Source of the DNA: Nemertoderma westbladi | Lineage: Eukaryota > Animalia > Xenacoelomorpha | NCBI GenBank assembly: GCA_032718475.1 | Contig: JAUCBJ010000417.1 | Span: forward strand, 1-64,000 | Direction: 5' to 3' | Length of the DNA stretch: 64,000 bases | Shown: positions 12,349 to 23,391 of the stretch, in pieces | Position numbering within the stretch: the first letter of the stretch is position 1 | Layout of the letters: each line of letters begins with the position of its first letter | Notes under the pieces: model-generated | The model's database searches: none | What the model was told of the DNA's origin: nothing | The model's input: the letters and a program-made list of their open reading frames with translations, nothing else | Program-made: the position numbers and the translations under genes

Positions 12349-13544
12349 TGTAAAAGCTTTTGTGGGATAACTGATTCATTTGCTTTGCTAACCAGTTCCC
12401 CCCAGTCGCTGAATACTCTAAAAAGGGATCTATAGGTAAAATAGTGCAAGCTACCAGCTTATTGGCTGATGGGCTGTACGAGAGTATCTGGGTTCTGTTC
12501 GATCGGCCAACCAGCTTAGGGAGGTTGCCTTAGCCCTGCTGTCCGTATCGGCCAATAGAATTTGAGTGGGCGTTGATTTTGACCTATCCCAGAGCTACTG
12601 AACTGAATTTTCCTATCTCACTGCTCATCCTCTGTGTTGGACGGGAGCTTCGGGGAATAAGGGTAGTTGGTATCCTCGTATAGTAAGGTAGTCATATGAT
12701 TTTATATAATTCTGTTGTTGTGTTCCCATTTTTCGCCATAACACCGGCTTTTGGGAAGAACTCTAGTAAAACTGCTTAAATTATCGAAAGTATAAACTGT
12801 TATCAACCTAATCAATCAATCTTATCTGATCTAATTAACTCACTATTAATCATATTGTTTGTACTGTTATTTACCGTCAGTTATTAATTGTATCTATTTG
12901 TTGATGGAAATATTGCTCTTTGGAGAATACCGATAAATCACCCAAATTTCCCAATTTTCTTGATACACTACAGGTTAGAGAGACAGGCTATATATAACAA
13001 TTGCGATTTATATTAATGTGGTGTGTATTGAATCGAATGTTATTTAGCAGACCCTACATGAGTCAATTGCTGCTCTCTTTATGTGTGATCAAATTTACTG
13101 ACGGTCGGCAGAATAGTGTGCATGATTGTGATTGGTAACAAAGCATTTCCTAAAGAATGCGCCTTATACTTTAATCATAAGCAGTATCGTTGCGTTTAGT
13201 ATAAGTCCTAGTTCTGTTTAAATAGATAAAGCGCCACGTCCTAAAGGAACTGTTAATATTTCCCGAAAGCCAATAATATCTGTCAGAAATTAATTATTAG
13301 TGATCAATCGAATAATACAGTAGATTTACACTGCAACCTTACACTGCAATAATAAAATTTAAGCAGCCGAATTCAGCCTCCCGGGTGTAGATCCATCGGG
13401 TGAATGATCGCGCATGGGCTGACTTCGGGTAATGTTTTGTTTATTAGCATAAAATATTGTCGTATGCTAAAGGTGTTTTAATTAACTAAAAGACATATAA
13501 ATTTTGGCAGGTTAAACTGCTAAAGGTCTTCAAAAGCGCGAACA
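12349..13544 (+). repeat. 5' LTR of element 1
   Basis: TGTAAAAGC...GCGCGAACA, direct repeat of 23392-24587. Confidence 0.97.
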
Positions 13545-13555
13545 ATAACAGTTTA
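13545..13555 (+). promoter_or_regulatory. Non-tRNA primer-binding site candidate (self-complementary to LTR 12793-12803)
   Basis: ATAACAGTTTA directly after the LTR CA is the exact reverse complement of TAAACTGTTAT in the LTR. No TGG-type tRNA PBS nearby. Confidence 0.75.
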
Positions 13556-15735
13556 CGATCTTATTGCAGTAGGCAATAAGGTTGCAAAATACCGTAGTGA
13601 CCGGTAAACCTGAACCGGTACTTCTGTAGGTCAGTAGGCCTAACTGTCATCACCGGTACCGGTACTGCTGTACAAGTACATTTAGTATTATTCGATTTTG
13701 ATTATTGTATACCGGTAGGTCTTGGTACTTAATCAGGGAACGGCCGCCCTGATTTTTATTTGAGATTCTACTTATTTCTGTCGGTTTTATTTACTAGTAG
13801 GCTAATATTGAGCAGAAGGCGTGTGACCCTGCTCAGATTGTTCAGATAATTGTAGGCTGAGCTGCTGTCTGACTGTTGTTGGGTTTGGAGAGATTACGGC
13901 GTGTGTAGAGTTTGTCTGATAAAGTGCCGTTAGTAAGTTGGGGCAGCCATATGCTGTAAGGTCAATCCCCTCTTAAAGAATAAGTCGTACTACCGTGTTA
14001 GAACGCATACTAACGAACTGTTTCAGAATCTGCATATACTGTAGTTTATTTAGGCTTGATCGTAGTCTGCCAGTGTTTTAGCCTGTGTTTGTTTGTGTGG
14101 TCTGTTCAGGTACCGTAATAGTTATTACTCAGATATTTTGTAGGCTGGATTGTTGTCTAGCTATTATTAGGTCTGAAGAGATTGCTGTGTGTGTGGAGTT
14201 TGTCTGATAAAGTGCGGTTAGTAAGTTGGGGCAGCCATATGCTGTAAGGTCAATCCCCTCTTAAAGAATAAGTCGTACTACCGTGTTAGAATGCATACTA
14301 ACTAACCATTTCAGAATCTACACGTACGGTAGTTTATTTAGGCTTGGTGGTAGTCTGCCAGCATTTGGTTTGTATTTTGTTTGAGTATTCTGTACGGGTA
14401 GCGTAATATTTATTATTCAGAGTTTATGCGATTATTCGCAACATTCATGTCCCCAAGTTTATTCCTACAGTAATTGTGCTTGTTATACATACCGTTATAG
14501 TTAAATTAACCCCGGTACTACACGGGCTGCTTGGCGTAGGACAAGACTGGTGACTTTGTGCTTCGGTCACTCCAGCAGATGCCGTGGTTCTTTTAACTGT
14601 TCAAGTATATTTAACTACTGATTATTTGTTATACCGGTACTTGTACCTAATTTAGGGTTTAGTGTACAGTGCTTTCCGAAGTAATTAGTGTGTAGGCAGT
14701 ATATTTGTGTTGTAAAGTGGTTGATAGGCACATTCGTTAGCTCTATTAACTTCTAGGTAGGAACACTCCGTGATACATAACGTAGTACCTATAGCGATAC
14801 GGTTATAGGTCGTCAGGCGGTGGTATTTTCCTATCTGGACAGTACAGTATATTTACTACTACTTATTATTTCAAATACCGTAGTACCCTGTCCATTGTAA
14901 TAACCAGAATTCTAACCCTTTGTTAGGCTGGTTTGTAGACTTCCTGTAAAATTACCCTAAAAATTCGTACGTAATATTTTTGTTGTGTTTAATTAGAGAA
15001 TTAATCTCACCCATATCGTAAGTAATTTGTAGTATTAAGTAACTTAGGTAAATTAGAATTATCAGTTTTAGTGTCAAATAAATAGCACTTCACTGAGAGC
15101 GCACAGCTTCTGTGTAGTGACCCCCCAGAAATAATAACATTTATTTCAAATATTGATAAAAAACCCTTTTTAAACGGGTATATAAATATTATAAATCAAC
15201 TCAAACGATTTATAAATAGTAGGCCTGCCATACAACAACTAGGTCTCAATATCAGTTGGACTACTGCTTAAATAACGGTAATAAAGTAAGTTAAAGTAAC
15301 CAAGTAACCTTAAAATATTCAGAAATTCAATTATTCTAAAAATAATTGACATACCGGTACTTACCATAGGCTTATCCTATTTATTTCTATAAATTCGAGC
15401 TGAAATCATACCGGTATTCTGTAATTAATTCTAGTTCATAATTATACTTATATATACTATAAGTGTCAGCTGTATACCGGTATTCACGATAGGCCTATTA
15501 TATATTTATATATATTTGTGCTAAAATTATATACCGGTACTCTGTGACAAATCTAGTCTGTAATAATACTTATATATATATTATAAGCATACCGGTATTC
15601 TAATATATTGTATATATATCACGTTACACTGAGTAACGGTATCGGTAATAAATTACTAGGCCAGCGGTCATACTGAATTACTAGACTTGCTTTAACTGAA
15701 ACTATAGTAGTAGACATTCAACTGTATAGCTAAAC

Positions 15736-18700
15736 ATGTCTGACACTCAGCAAAACCTGTCAGACAGTCTGATCGATACAACTATCTGTGACTCAGATAG
15801 GAGTATGGAGCGATTAAGAAAGGAGTTCAGCTCACCTCCTACTGCAAAAAAGGTCATCCCTCCAGTAGTATCAGACCCTAGGCTAATCCACCATAGGTCC
15901 ATCATAGGCACTCGGGCACAGGTCAAACGGAACCAAGAGGCAGTTGTCCCATCGCAGCAACATCTTGGTCAAGAACCTACTTCCCAGCGACCCGATAGCT
16001 CCAGCAGTTCGGATACTGTAGAGCTGACCCCCGAACGCGGAGTGCAGATGGCTGTTACAGTCTACTCGGACCCCCTTCTTACCCTGCCTGCTGCAGTGCT
16101 AACTACTATATTCATTGCGGTGGAGGAACATCAAGCCGACTGGGCGAGGAATAAGCGAGCGACCCAAGATAATTATGCGGGATACGCCAGGGAAGAATTA
16201 ATGTCTATTGTCGAGTTACAATGGAACTTTCCCGGACTCGGACTCCCGTTGGACCTGTCCGAGGCTACTTGGGAAGATATACACAGGATGGGAGTGGCAA
16301 AAGATACAATGGATCCAGCTGTTTGGAAGAGGTCGGCATCAGGATATGTGCAGGGATTCTTCGGCTCCTTGGAGCGATTGGAAGAACAACTGTTTCGACA
16401 ACCTCAAGGACCTCAAGAGCAGGAAGAGCTGCTATACCAAGTACGCGAAAGAACCCTACGCATTCGACTAATCCTCTCAGCCTTTGAGGAAACTTCCAAA
16501 AGAAGACAGGACACGTCGCTGCAGGTTGCTGTCAAAACTTGGTTACATCGGGTAGATCTCAAAGTACAGGAAACGGCCCCGTGGAAATCCCAGCTGGCTG
16601 AGAGATCAACCTATGAAGAACCAACTGATGTCACCCTTTCTCAAGCGGAAAGCGAAGAGACCGCCGAGAAACCGCGAACTAGAGACGCTATCGACATTTA
16701 TTTGTCCGACTATCAGCGATTCCTAGGAGACGAAGAGTTGAGGAGACGGCTGTCTGGACTTTCCCCTAATAGTGAAGGAACCAAGCTTGTGTTGGACTTA
16801 AACGATGCCGAAATGTTAGCTGCAAACCAAGCTGAATGTGATGAAAAACTCCGCCTCACTAGAGTCCGAGAAGAACAAATAAAGAAAAGAAGGATAGAGG
16901 AACAAAAGGCGGCGGCTATGGCAGAAGCAGAAGTAGAAAGAAAGGCAGCGGCGGCAGATGCAGAAGCAGAAAGAAAAGCAGCAAAGGCAGTGGCAGAAGC
17001 AGAACGGAGAGCCTCTGAGCAGACTACCCAACTGGAGTTGGAAAATCTGCAAGAGACACAAGACAGTATAAATAAACAGTTTACTGCTAATCAAATGCAG
17101 ATGATGAGAAAATCTACTCCCAAGCGCCAGGGATACACATCCTCGGAGGAAGGCGAGACTACCGATCCTGAAGGCGGAGGAAATAGATCTCATCTAAGTA
17201 GGCGTAGAAAAACATCTTACCGTCGCAAATTGCCTGATTTGCCACCAGCTGTTAGAAGACAGCTAGCTAGCACAGACTTGAGTAGTATAGAACCTACAGC
17301 CCAAAGTATTAAGGTCCAAAGACTCTCTACAATAGTTGATGAGCCTGAGATAATTAGGCCTGTCGTTCCCAAAGTCACTTCTGTGTTAGAGACCCCTGTA
17401 CTTCCAGAGCTTAACTCTAAATTCCCTTTACATAGTACTACACTGCCTGTACCCGGTGGAGCAGTCCAAGGGAATATCCCTGTCAAGATAGCAGAGAGAG
17501 AAATCAAAAATTTGTCTCCCGTCGTCCCGCGTCAGCCCGCTATTATGTTAGCGACTCCCGCTTCGGCGGTTGAGTGGGTGGAAGAGGGACGGCGGGGGAT
17601 GAATCTCCTAATAGGACAAATGCAGGAGACTGTCCACCAACTTAAGGGAACAGTGAGAGAAGGTAGAGCAGAGTTGCAAGAAGTGCAGCAAAGTATTGCA
17701 CTAGAACGCGATAAATTAGTCAATATACAAAGGGGCATACCAATACCCCCTGTAACATTGTGTCAACCTGTTAGGTCTGAAGTATTACATGCGCAAGGTG
17801 TGGAGCCTATACGCATCTATACTGCTAGTGAAGTTGAAACTCCTATAACAAACCCTATTAAGGGTGATTATAGACCTGTTATTAATGATATTCCCTATAG
17901 ACCTGATAATGATCCGAGAAATTTATATACCGATAATTCGATATTAAATAACACGATGGCCCAAGAAAGCTTTACGCGTCAGATGGCTAGAACAGAAGCC
18001 CGCCAAGCGGTCAAAGTGGGAGAGATCGTCAAATTCAATGGAGATGAGATGAAATGGTTACCTTTCAACGAATATTACAAAGATAGCATACAGAACTCTG
18101 TACTATCTAACGGAGAGAAACTTAGATTCCTCATCAAGTGCTTGGAAGGACCTCCCAAGTTAATGGCGTTAAAGTTTATTGGACATCCAGATGGGTTAAG
18201 ACAAGTTTGGGATACATTAAACATCAGGTATGGTAACAAGGATAACATAGCTAAGTATTTGTATGCAAAATTAGTAGCCCCTCGACACTTCCTTAGTAGC
18301 GGGATTATAGAGTTTTCCGATGAAATTCAAGAGATCTGTAGACAACTGGACTGGTTAGGTAAGTCGCATGAATATCAGAGTTCCATGGTCATTGGAGCCG
18401 TAGTCTCTACTTTACCAAAGGGTGGAGTATGTACGCGCTGGGACAAGAAAGTGTTGTACATGAATGAACAACAACGACGAAGTCCTACCATGGCTGATCT
18501 CATGTCCTTCTTAGATAGTGAAGTAAAATTACAACTCATAAGGCAGTCCAGAGAGAAAACATCGGAAAATAAGGTAAGTGAGAAACCCGTTTCTAGGAGA
18601 AGGATAATACCAGTGTGTTACACTGACGACGGCGAGAGCCAAGCTTCTCAAGAAGAGGACAGCGGGAAAGACACAGCAAAATCTTACTATGACAACAAGA

Positions 18701-20337
18701 CCTATAAAGACGTAAGTAAATACAAGTCTCGAATCAGTGACAGGAAAGAACAGGTAACAACAACTCCTCCTACGTCTCCTAAGAGAATTCACGGAAGAAA
18801 GCCCGAAGAAAGAACGAGAATGCATAACGTTACCCAAGGTAAGGTGAGTAACATCAAACCAAAATGTGCGCTGTGCGACGGGCCCCACCGTTTGAGTGCG
18901 TGTGCTGAATTTCTAAAGAAATCCCCTGTAGACAGACGTACAGTCCTGTGGAATAAGCGGTTATGCTATAATTGCCTCAGATCAGGACACCAACGGCGAA
19001 CCTGTTACTCCGACGTAAAGTGTGCAAAGTGTGGCGCGAAACATCACATCTTGTTACACAGTGAGTTCGAACGAGACAACCCGAGTCAGGTAAGTGAGCC
19101 CGAACTACATGTCCAATTCAGTGATGTGAACGACACTGACCAAGGTTCTGAGTGGGAAGGATTCTATACAGACGAATTCTCCGATGCCAACGAATCCTGT
19201 TATCTAATAAATACCACAGGATGGATGAAAAGGATGCCTTCACGCTTTTCACGCGCTTTTCACGCTTTTCACCTTACGGATGAAAAGGACACTGACGAGT
19301 TTACTCCAACTCCTTTTGACAAACAACCATCTTGGAAAGTTCCAACTTCCAACATAGGAATAAGAGAATTTCCTGTAGTGCAAGTTCGAGTTCATGGTCT
19401 CAATAAGAGTTACATAGTGAACGCCCTACTTGACTCCGGCAGCACAGGAACATTCATCGATCAAGAACTAGCCGAAGATATCTTTGCTGGACAACCCAAG
19501 TTCCGGACTAAATTGAATATGTCAGGAATTATGCAGGTTTGGAAATCTACCCTAACGGCAGATTACTATGTAGGTGTGTTGTCCACCCCCCAGGATAAGT
19601 TAGGAACACAAGGTATAAGGTCAGTAAAAATGGTGGCTATAAAGAACTTTGCTACTACTCAAGCAGACCTTTATAATTGGGACGAAGATGAGAGCATCCA
19701 ACATCTTAAGATACCTCGATTCCAGACAGATTATCCTGGAGTGCAAATACTCATCGGCCAAAACGCGCACGAGGCGCTCGAAACATTAGAGAAACGGCCT
19801 GCTCAACCACAGCCATTACAAACTTATGCGGTAAGAACTAGAGTAGGTTGGTACTTCACTGGCCCTTCCCGTAGAACTCTCAAAGAGAGATTACCTCAAC
19901 AACAGGTATACCAAGTAAAGGAATGGGAAGTGGAGAGCAGTGATGTGGACGATCCAACTGAGGGAACACCATACTCCTCAGATAATGACGATATTAACTC
20001 CAATGTAGATCAATGGAGACATTGCCTTGGGACGATTAATCCAGCCGACATCGCTTCCAGAGGAGCAACTCCTCAAGAACTGATGGATACTCCAGGCTGG
20101 TTAGGTGGATCCGACTCCTTAAGTAAAGAAGAAGAAGAATGGCCTCCTCATCTTACCACGGCAGAAATTAGACAGGCCAAGGGAGCGGAGAAAGTAACAC
20201 AACAACTCAATCGCCCAGCTAGTCGTTTATGTTTACTGGAAAGAGACCGAAAACTGTCCGAAAACTATGGAAGGCAAGATACTCTTCCTACGACTACTTC
20301 CCTAATCCGACAAATATCTAGGGACTCCATAACGTGA
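15736..20337 (+). CDS. BEL/Pao Gag-protease polyprotein with RT and integrase core deleted in frame
   Basis: Pao gag core (KFNGDEMKWLPF...LSNGEKLRFLIKCL), three zinc knuckles (CALCDGPHRLSAC, CYNCLRSGHQRRTC, CAKCGAKHHILLH), protease ALLDSGS, AVRTRVGWYFTGP, then directly the RNase H tail QWRH...NPADIASRG...W..G......WP and an integrase-tail-like RPASRLCLLE. No YxDD and no DDE. Confidence 0.9.
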   Translation: MSDTQQNLSDSLIDTTICDSDRSMERLRKEFSSPPTAKKVIPPVVSDPRLIHHRSIIGTRAQVKRNQEAVVPSQQHLGQEPTSQRPDSSSSSDTVELTPERGVQMAVTVYSDPLLTLPAAVLTTIFIAVEEHQADWARNKRATQDNYAGYAREELMSIVELQWNFPGLGLPLDLSEATWEDIHRMGVAKDTMDPAVWKRSASGYVQGFFGSLERLEEQLFRQPQGPQEQEELLYQVRERTLRIRLILSAFEETSKRRQDTSLQVAVKTWLHRVDLKVQETAPWKSQLAERSTYEEPTDVTLSQAESEETAEKPRTRDAIDIYLSDYQRFLGDEELRRRLSGLSPNSEGTKLVLDLNDAEMLAANQAECDEKLRLTRVREEQIKKRRIEEQKAAAMAEAEVERKAAAADAEAERKAAKAVAEAERRASEQTTQLELENLQETQDSINKQFTANQMQMMRKSTPKRQGYTSSEEGETTDPEGGGNRSHLSRRRKTSYRRKLPDLPPAVRRQLASTDLSSIEPTAQSIKVQRLSTIVDEPEIIRPVVPKVTSVLETPVLPELNSKFPLHSTTLPVPGGAVQGNIPVKIAEREIKNLSPVVPRQPAIMLATPASAVEWVEEGRRGMNLLIGQMQETVHQLKGTVREGRAELQEVQQSIALERDKLVNIQRGIPIPPVTLCQPVRSEVLHAQGVEPIRIYTASEVETPITNPIKGDYRPVINDIPYRPDNDPRNLYTDNSILNNTMAQESFTRQMARTEARQAVKVGEIVKFNGDEMKWLPFNEYYKDSIQNSVLSNGEKLRFLIKCLEGPPKLMALKFIGHPDGLRQVWDTLNIRYGNKDNIAKYLYAKLVAPRHFLSSGIIEFSDEIQEICRQLDWLGKSHEYQSSMVIGAVVSTLPKGGVCTRWDKKVLYMNEQQRRSPTMADLMSFLDSEVKLQLIRQSREKTSENKVSEKPVSRRRIIPVCYTDDGESQASQEEDSGKDTAKSYYDNKTYKDVSKYKSRISDRKEQVTTTPPTSPKRIHGRKPEERTRMHNVTQGKVSNIKPKCALCDGPHRLSACAEFLKKSPVDRRTVLWNKRLCYNCLRSGHQRRTCYSDVKCAKCGAKHHILLHSEFERDNPSQVSEPELHVQFSDVNDTDQGSEWEGFYTDEFSDANESCYLINTTGWMKRMPSRFSRAFHAFHLTDEKDTDEFTPTPFDKQPSWKVPTSNIGIREFPVVQVRVHGLNKSYIVNALLDSGSTGTFIDQELAEDIFAGQPKFRTKLNMSGIMQVWKSTLTADYYVGVLSTPQDKLGTQGIRSVKMVAIKNFATTQADLYNWDEDESIQHLKIPRFQTDYPGVQILIGQNAHEALETLEKRPAQPQPLQTYAVRTRVGWYFTGPSRRTLKERLPQQQVYQVKEWEVESSDVDDPTEGTPYSSDNDDINSNVDQWRHCLGTINPADIASRGATPQELMDTPGWLGGSDSLSKEEEEWPPHLTTAEIRQAKGAEKVTQQLNRPASRLCLLERDRKLSENYGRQDTLPTTTSLIRQISRDSIT

Positions 20338-21863
20338 TAGCATGTGGAGTGGGCGTGTGACTATATCATTTTATATTTGTTTTCATTTTATATTTATGTA
20401 TGTATTATTATGTAATTTTATTATAATCGTTTTCTTTAATTTTATTTAGTAGAATGTTATTTTAGAATATTTACTGTCCGTATTATATTATAAATGCGAG
20501 ACTATAGTAAGATGACATGTCAGTACTTCTTAAAGTACAATAAAGCCACTACTATATTTAAGTATTATTGGTAGGCAGAGTATTAGGAATGCAAAGTTCA
20601 GATCCTCGTGTCTCGGCTAAACCAAGCTCTGGGTAGACCTTGGAAACGACTTGCCTCTTCACACTGACATTGCTTCGTGCGATATTGCTCTTCTACCTTA
20701 TAACAAATAATACATATAGTAGCGTGATGTCCCTCTAACAGTAGCGTAAATCGCAAATAAATCTGTTAAACTTTTTGACCATCTGTAATTCTAGTCGATT
20801 AAGATATCGTGGCACCCACCGATATACTTGAAAGACAAATTCTAGAATCAGTGGTTAACGTCCCCAGACAAGTTCTGGAATAAATCGGTGCTCATCCTAA
20901 ATATTAATTTAATATTTATTAAAATCTGTAAAATCCCGATCCTTTAAAATTTCTAGTCAATTAAGATATCGCCGTATTTACCGATATTCTTAGAAGGACT
21001 ATTTTATAGAATCAAGGATCCTAAGTCCCCAGATATGCTCTGGAATAAAATTTGTGTCAATTTAACATCAAATAATAAAATTCACGGGAATAAATTTAAA
21101 TTCATATTCAAATGAATTTCATAAATTGTCATTTTTGTGCAATTTATAACATTCCCAAAATTCCAGTAATTAATAGATCATGGGAGCGGAGATTCATATT
21201 GAGTGTACTAGAGTGCGAGAATCTCCAACATATAGTCAATAGCCGATAAAATTTATAAAATCATGCATAAAGAGGATATTGACAATTAAAGAATTACTAT
21301 TAAATAGCATCCCAGATCTGTATGCATGAGAATTACCCTAATTCTACCGCTAGTTTTCCATAATGTCACCATGGCAACACCCACGCTAGAATTAGAAGCA
21401 AGTTAAAGGAACAGTAAAAAGCTTGCCCCATTGCGTAGCATAAGAGTATACATAGCGCACTATTAGTATCCAAGGATACATAGTAATAACGTGACATTCT
21501 GGAAGACACTGACTAACGGACAAATGGCATGCATGTGTGCAGTAAGTAATGATTGTATGGAATTTGTGCGTTTATAGGTGAATGTTACTACTAAAGTGTG
21601 TTTACAGTAGCTAATCGCAATTGTAAAATAGCCCTAACTCTACCGAGATAACCTCAAGTGGATTCAAACCTTTGGGACGGACAGTGGTGGGACTTGTGCC
21701 GGTTATAGTTGTCGTGCTGTTGCTACATGTTGGCGTAAACACCGCGACAACGGTACATCGGCGCTGAGAAACCCACTGTCCGGGGGCAAAGCCTAGTAGG
21801 CAGCGACGCCCGCTTGCCTAAAATATTAACTCATATTGATATTAATAAACTCAGATAGCAGAT

Positions 21864-23313
21864 ATGACGGAATTGATAGAACATGACCTTGGTATCAGGG
21901 AGCGATATACTCTACCTTTACAAGCGTTTGTGGATAGCTTGATACGCGGTGAAGACGATCCGACTATTACGGAGGACGATGGTCGTTATATCGAACCGCC
22001 GATGTCCCAGGAACAACTTACGCGTGAATTGGACTATAGAAAATTCACCGCTCCCTATACGAATCGTAATGGTACGTATATGGACTTCTTAACTACCGGC
22101 CATCCTACCGATTTACATGATACGGACGATGTATACACCGAAAGGGAAATGGTTCTATTTAAATATCATACCCAGCAGAGTCGTAACGATAAACCGAGAA
22201 TAGATCACGAAAATTATATTCGTAACAGACTGGGAAGACGAACCCATATGTTTAGAATCTGAAGAGATTCAGCCCCCCACGTCTCGGAGTAGCGATAGCG
22301 ACTACATATGGGAATGGTATCAAGGTCCACAGTGTCTCACTGCGTACGATTATCGCCATGCCAACTATGTTTCTCGGCAACGTTGTCGGTTATGCGCATC
22401 GAGAGACCATATTACGTCTATGGACACCAACGATCTCTGTTCCTATTTCCACGAGCAACCGTCGATGGAAATCTATTGTGCATATTGTCGGCTTAATAAT
22501 TTGCACATTTTTGCTGTCTGCCCCCAATTTATGACTCAATGCCATCATTGTCAATTAAAAGGACACGCCAGCTTTGATTGTCCCTTTAATCATGATTTAG
22601 AGAGCGTAGATGAAATGATTGTACTACGTTATATCAGAGCTTGGGAAGCGAACGCTGATTTACATTGTGATTCACGCCATCGCTATTACCCTGGACGCGC
22701 TTACGAAGGAGATTATGCGTTCCATCCTTATTTATTCGCTTCTGTCGAACAGAAATCACGCATATCAAGTTATGAACTACTGAAGCGCGTTGGAGAATGT
22801 ATTTCAACCAAATATGTACGCAAATTTCTCAGGAGCATTAATCCGAGTGACATCTATTCTTACAACTTAATAAACTTTATCCGTCAAGACCCTGCCTATG
22901 GAGACTTATTTGTCAACTCACACCCCGAGTTACAGGAAGTATATCGACGGCCTTACGAGTACCGAGCCCGCGAACGCGAGTTGGAAAGAACCATTAAACC
23001 AAGGAAGTTTCTAACTGCCTATGGTCCACCCTCGGCCCTCGTTCAGACCACTCGTAAAGGACCCGTAAGAGCGGCTGCCTTGAAACGAGCTCTCAAAGCC
23101 GTTAGACCCCTCTCCCCGGACGTTGATGTCAATCAACCCGGTACTTAGACCGGCGGATATACCGATCGTAATCCCATACCTTCTGATGCAATCATATTGC
23201 ACCCTTCACCCAGGAGTTATAGCCCTCCTCGTAAAGTGGCTCGCCCCAAAGAGAAAAGGACTCTTGCTAGCTTTAAAAAACTGCGTAAACGCCGTCCGCG
23301 CAAGAAAGACTAA
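21864..23313 (+). pseudogene. Internally deleted copy of the element's extra ORF2
   Basis: N- and C-terminal parts match 53597-57851. About 2.8 kb is deleted near 22232 at a GAAGAC microhomology, causing a frameshift. TAG at 23146-23148 corresponds to TCG in element 2. Retains CxxC..H..C knuckles and a basic tail. Confidence 0.85.
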
Positions 23314-23391
23314 CTGTTTAGAGTATTTTTATATTTTAGAAACTGTGATTTTGTATATTTTATAGACTTAAATCCCATTTTCTGGGAGCGG

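Noticed and set aside
12349-13544. Hammerhead, group I/II intron or RNase P-like core in the LTR
   Set aside because: No CTGANGA...GAAA arrangement, domain V or convincing P7/P4 consensus found by eye.
21327-21830. Possible decayed small membrane glycoprotein/env remnant before ORF2 (signal-like MRITLILPLV, NVT sequons, TM-like GLVPVIVVVLLL; similar at 53200-53560)
   Set aside because: Both elements share stops in every frame through the conserved block, and the hydrophobicity may reflect GT-rich sequence. Needs intact copies to judge.
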